A stretch of 64,000 bases of DNA from Candidatus Latescibacterota bacterium (GTDB lineage: Bacteria > Latescibacterota > UBA2968 > UBA8231), in assembly GCA_965203355.1 (NCBI GenBank), contig OZ241889.1, forward strand, positions 2,592,001 through 2,656,000, in the 5' to 3' direction. The first letter of the stretch is position 1; each line of letters opens with the position of its first letter. This document shows positions 60,739-64,000 of this stretch, one piece after another. Both the position numbers and the translations under genes were made by a program. The notes under the pieces are model-generated. The model was not told where the DNA came from and searched no databases. It saw only the letters and a list, made by a program, of their open reading frames with translations.

Positions 60739-61044
60739 TCAACTCCCGGGCCGCCACTCGTTGAGCGTGCGGGCAAAGAGGATATCCGAGCGCGTGACGG
60801 CTCCTTCGCTGTGGGTTGTCACCGAGACGGCGATGGTGCGCTTGCCGGTATCCAAGGAAAAGTCGGGGTGGTGGTTCTGCTCGGTGATGGTGCGGGTCAG
60901 GTGGTTGAGGAACGAGGTGATGTCCTTGAAGTTGGCAAAGACGAAGTCGCGCGAGATGATGATGCCATCGCGGTGCCAACCTGCGAGGGATTGCAATTCG
61001 GCATCTACGGCGGCGGCACTGAGGGTGGTTTTGTCTTCGGTCAT
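60739..61044 (-). CDS. Pterin-4a-carbinolamine dehydratase
   Basis: F.NF, NHHPD and TTHS.G.VT..D motifs. Confidence 0.88.
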   Translation of the reverse strand: MTEDKTTLSAAAVDAELQSLAGWHRDGIIISRDFVFANFKDITSFLNHLTRTITEQNHHPDFSLDTGKRTIAVSVTTHSEGAVTRSDILFARTLNEWRPGS

Positions 61045-61069
61045 GGCGGGTTACTCCTCGTTGAGATGG

Positions 61070-62179
61070 TTAAGTAGTTAGGATGCGGTGGATGCGGTCG
61101 GCGATGATTTCGGCTTCGCCGTCTAAGAGGGTTTGCGGCCCAACGCTGAGCGAAGTGTCGCCGCCGCTGACGAGGATCGACGGATCGCCTGCTTCAAGTG
61201 CGCGTGCCACGTCGCTGGCCGAGAGCGGGGCCGCCGCGCCAAAGTGCAGATGCACTAGCGGAGAGGCCGGCGGAAATTTGTTCTCGTAAGCCTTGGTAAA
61301 ACTAGCCTCAATACCGGCGATACCTTCGACGGCCTCGGCCACGATCCGGCCGCGGCGCTCCCACTCGGCCACGACCGCTGCTTCGTCCATTTCAAAGAAC
61401 AATTCGACAGCGCGGAGCAGGCCGCATATTTCCTCTTTGCCGACCTTCATGCCGCGACCAATGGCCGAGTGGGGGTTGGAGTTGAGGTGGCACGCGGCGA
61501 TCAGGTCTTGGCGCCCCAAGATCAGGCCCGATGACTGTGGCCCGAACAGGCCCTTGCCGCCGCTGAACACCGACAGGTCGCAGCCCATGGCCGGCAGGTC
61601 GGTCAGGTTGGAGCGCGGCGGCAATTGCGCGGCCGCATCAACGATGACCGGCACCTTGCGCTCGTGGGCCGCATGGACGAGCGCGGGCAACTCGGACAAG
61701 GGCTGGCTGCCGAGGAAATACACGACGGCCGCGGTTTTGGGGCCGATGCCGGCGACGTAATCGTCGAGCGTTGCGTTCTTGGTGGTACCGACTTTGACTA
61801 GTTCGCCGCCGCTGAGGCGAAAACCCTGATGGACGTAGTAATGCGGATCGACCCGGCTGATGACGAACTGGTTGGGTCGATTCCCGACATCGGGAAGTTG
61901 GGCAATGGCGCGCGCGTCGGTGCCGGTCAGGCAGGCCGCACCAGCCAAGAGCAGGCCACCGGCGGCACCCGAAGACACAAAGGCCGCTTCGGCACCGGTG
62001 AGCGCGGCGATGCGAGCGCCGGCTTTCTCGTGCAACTCGTTGAGGTGGACGAATTGGCGCGCCGCTTCGGCCATTGCTTCGACCACGGGTGCCGGCATGA
62101 TGGAGCCGCCGAGGGTGGTGATGGTGCCGCGGGCGTTGATGAAAGGGCGCAGGCCGAGGCGTTGATAGAGCGTGGGCAT
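61070..62179 (-). CDS. SelA-like/DgaE family PLP enzyme
   Basis: INARG..T.LGGS, VDAAA, FSGGK..GPQ.SG and GRGMKVGKEE motifs; start at MPTLY. Confidence 0.88.
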   Translation of the reverse strand: MPTLYQRLGLRPFINARGTITTLGGSIMPAPVVEAMAEAARQFVHLNELHEKAGARIAALTGAEAAFVSSGAAGGLLLAGAACLTGTDARAIAQLPDVGNRPNQFVISRVDPHYYVHQGFRLSGGELVKVGTTKNATLDDYVAGIGPKTAAVVYFLGSQPLSELPALVHAAHERKVPVIVDAAAQLPPRSNLTDLPAMGCDLSVFSGGKGLFGPQSSGLILGRQDLIAACHLNSNPHSAIGRGMKVGKEEICGLLRAVELFFEMDEAAVVAEWERRGRIVAEAVEGIAGIEASFTKAYENKFPPASPLVHLHFGAAAPLSASDVARALEAGDPSILVSGGDTSLSVGPQTLLDGEAEIIADRIHRILTT

Positions 62180-62270
62180 GGGTAGGTTCCTTGGGGAAGG
62201 GATAGTTAGCAACTTTAGTAATAAATTACGCTTACCGTTCTTTCTCATAGTAAAGGGAGCGGTAAGGGAA

Positions 62271-63773
62271 CTACGTATCCAATTCGGCGATTTCGCGCAG
62301 TAATTCATTTTTTCTTTTTTTTTTAAAATCGTACATGCTGTGAGTTCCTTTCTTGCGATTGCATTCCGAGCACAGCAATTGCAGGTTCGCCAATTCGTTG
62401 CCACCCCCTTTACTTTTGGGCTTTATATGATCGACCTCCAACAAGCCATACTCTAAAAAACGACGACAAAAGGCACAATTACCACGCTGCTTACCAAACA
62501 GGTACTCTTTATTGAACATGCAATTGTACGGACGCTCCGACTCGGGCTTGGAGGCATCCAATAGCTCTTGCTCTTCTTCAGGGGAAAGGTCCGTCCGTTT
62601 ATGGACATTCTCCGAGTGTACCACATTGTAGAACAATTGGAATGTCTGGTACAGACGCGATTTTACCAATTCAGCCGCCAACGGCGATAAATCTACACCG
62701 GCCCACTGACGATTTAACTTCTCGGCCGCTACACAAGCCGTCGCACAGCCGCAAAATGGATCAAACACTAGGTCATCTGGATTACTGCTCGCCTTAATAA
62801 TGCGTTCCAACAGAGCCAATGGCTTCTGCGTCGGATATCCTAAACGCTCCTTTGCCTGTGCTGACAACGGCGGTATATCTAATACCATACCTGTCATAGC
62901 CGCCCCAGGCGATGTGCTCAGATAGCGTTTGAAGCCGGGGACGCCATTCGCTCTGCTCGGCCAGTGAATCAACCCGGCGGCATCGAGAAAATCCAATTTT
63001 TCTCGCGTTTTCATGGCATCCCAATTCGCAGGTTTCTCTACGTGATCGGGAAACGTGCCCGGACTTCCCCAATGCCTGCCCTTAGCTGTTACATCAATGC
63101 CCCGCCAAGGTTGCCCGGAGTCGCCGGTTCGTACCTCCGCTGCCGTGAGATCGCCTACTCGATACCTACCGTGCTCGTCCTCGTAGCGATAGAACTTTTG
63201 GATGTATTCAGGGTCGTGATCTCCATATACGAGATTAAACGTATTTTTATCGCTGGCCACATAGAACAAGAGCACATCGTGGACGACCGCGAATTTGCGA
63301 CTACCTGATTTCGAGGAGGTCCGTTTCCACACGATTTCATTGCGAAAATTATCTCGGCCAAACACCGCATCCATCACCAACTTCAGATAATGACTTGCGG
63401 TCGGATCGCAGTGTAGGTAAATAGAGCCGGTGTTCTTGAGAATGCGGCGCATCTCCAGCAGCCGCACGGCCATCATCGTCAGATACGACTGCATCCCTTC
63501 GCCATGAGCATACCGGGCCGTGTCGATCACGCGATACAGGGCTGGAGCTTTATGCGCGATCTTGCCATGCCACGACACGTCCAGATCAGATAACGTCCAC
63601 GTATCCTTGAAGGCTGCACCGGCTGCCGCACTACCTATCGGTGCGCTATACGTGCGATTGGAATTGAACGGAGGGTCTAGGTAGATCAAATCTACGCTCG
63701 ACGAGTTCATACCCCGCATAATATCGAGGTTGTCGCCCGTCCACAGCGTCCGATTCTGCCAATTTGCTGTCAT
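62271..63773 (-). CDS. N6/N4 DNA methyltransferase fused to a C-terminal HNH nuclease
   Basis: YLDPPF, YPTQKP and DPFCGCAT; CAFC...VDHIKP..GG.N...NLQLLC..CN. Confidence 0.9.
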   Translation of the reverse strand: MTANWQNRTLWTGDNLDIMRGMNSSSVDLIYLDPPFNSNRTYSAPIGSAAAGAAFKDTWTLSDLDVSWHGKIAHKAPALYRVIDTARYAHGEGMQSYLTMMAVRLLEMRRILKNTGSIYLHCDPTASHYLKLVMDAVFGRDNFRNEIVWKRTSSKSGSRKFAVVHDVLLFYVASDKNTFNLVYGDHDPEYIQKFYRYEDEHGRYRVGDLTAAEVRTGDSGQPWRGIDVTAKGRHWGSPGTFPDHVEKPANWDAMKTREKLDFLDAAGLIHWPSRANGVPGFKRYLSTSPGAAMTGMVLDIPPLSAQAKERLGYPTQKPLALLERIIKASSNPDDLVFDPFCGCATACVAAEKLNRQWAGVDLSPLAAELVKSRLYQTFQLFYNVVHSENVHKRTDLSPEEEQELLDASKPESERPYNCMFNKEYLFGKQRGNCAFCRRFLEYGLLEVDHIKPKSKGGGNELANLQLLCSECNRKKGTHSMYDFKKKRKNELLREIAELDT

Positions 63774-63827
63774 AGTTTGGGCTATCTTTTGTTAGAAGAA
63801 TCGCGATTTGGAATCTATTAAAAAAAG

Positions 63828-63860
63828 AAAGCGGGCGGGATGAAACACCCCGCCCGCTTT
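63828..63860 (-). terminator. Intrinsic terminator after groEL
   Basis: AAAGCGGGCGGG...CCCGCCCGCTTT stem with an adjacent A-rich run (U tail on the minus strand). Confidence 0.85.
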
Positions 63861-63881
63861 TGCGCGTTTACTCGGCCTCCC

Positions 63882-64000
63882 TTAGTGCGCGTGGCCGTGG
63901 CCGTGGCCGTGGCCGGGGCCGTCTGCTTCTTCCTCTTCCGGCTCCTCAGCCACCAAGGCGTCGGTGGTCAGCAAGAGGGTGGCGATGCTAGCGGCATTGC
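63882..64000 (-). CDS. groEL: Chaperonin GroEL, 3' end (partial)
   Basis: [18 protein letters not shown]...[10 protein letters not shown]. Confidence 0.85.
   Translation of the reverse strand, partial: NAASIATLLLTTDALVAEEPEEEEADGPGHGHGHGHAH

Noticed and set aside
61070-62179. Selenocysteine synthase selA
   Set aside because: Short SelA-like/DgaE form with no selB, selC or selD adjacent. The listed extension to 62404 is only an overlap with the MTase-HNH gene.

Overview
GC-rich bacterial chromosomal segment, probably FCB-group (Latescibacterota/Gemmatimonadota-like). This is inferred from an NYPNPFNP-type C-terminal secretion domain, TonB receptors and gene content. Housekeeping genes: murG with a HEAT-like extension, mraY, recG, aspartokinase, qor, an S1 protein, trpBA, glgC, ispG, a fused IOR and the groEL 3' end. 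A complete pstSCAB-phoU-phoBR locus faces a divergent TonB receptor and a secreted acidic protein; all three promoters share an 11-bp-period Pho-box-like motif with a fixed 9-nt gap to the -10 box. A metal-homeostasis cluster (ZIP, CDF, DUF318 permease, His-rich lipoprotein, TonB receptor) is headed by a near-leaderless CxxC/RGPP ORF that looks like a ribosome-arrest metal sensor. Accessory features suggest a host-associated lifestyle: ankyrin and YWTD lipoproteins, a duplicated signal-peptide cassette read in two frames, TA remnants, a decayed SfiI-like RM system, an MTase-HNH fusion and a nonsense-mutated SDR. No rRNA, tRNA, CRISPR or transposase was recognised. All calls come from reading motifs by eye; no database searches were run.
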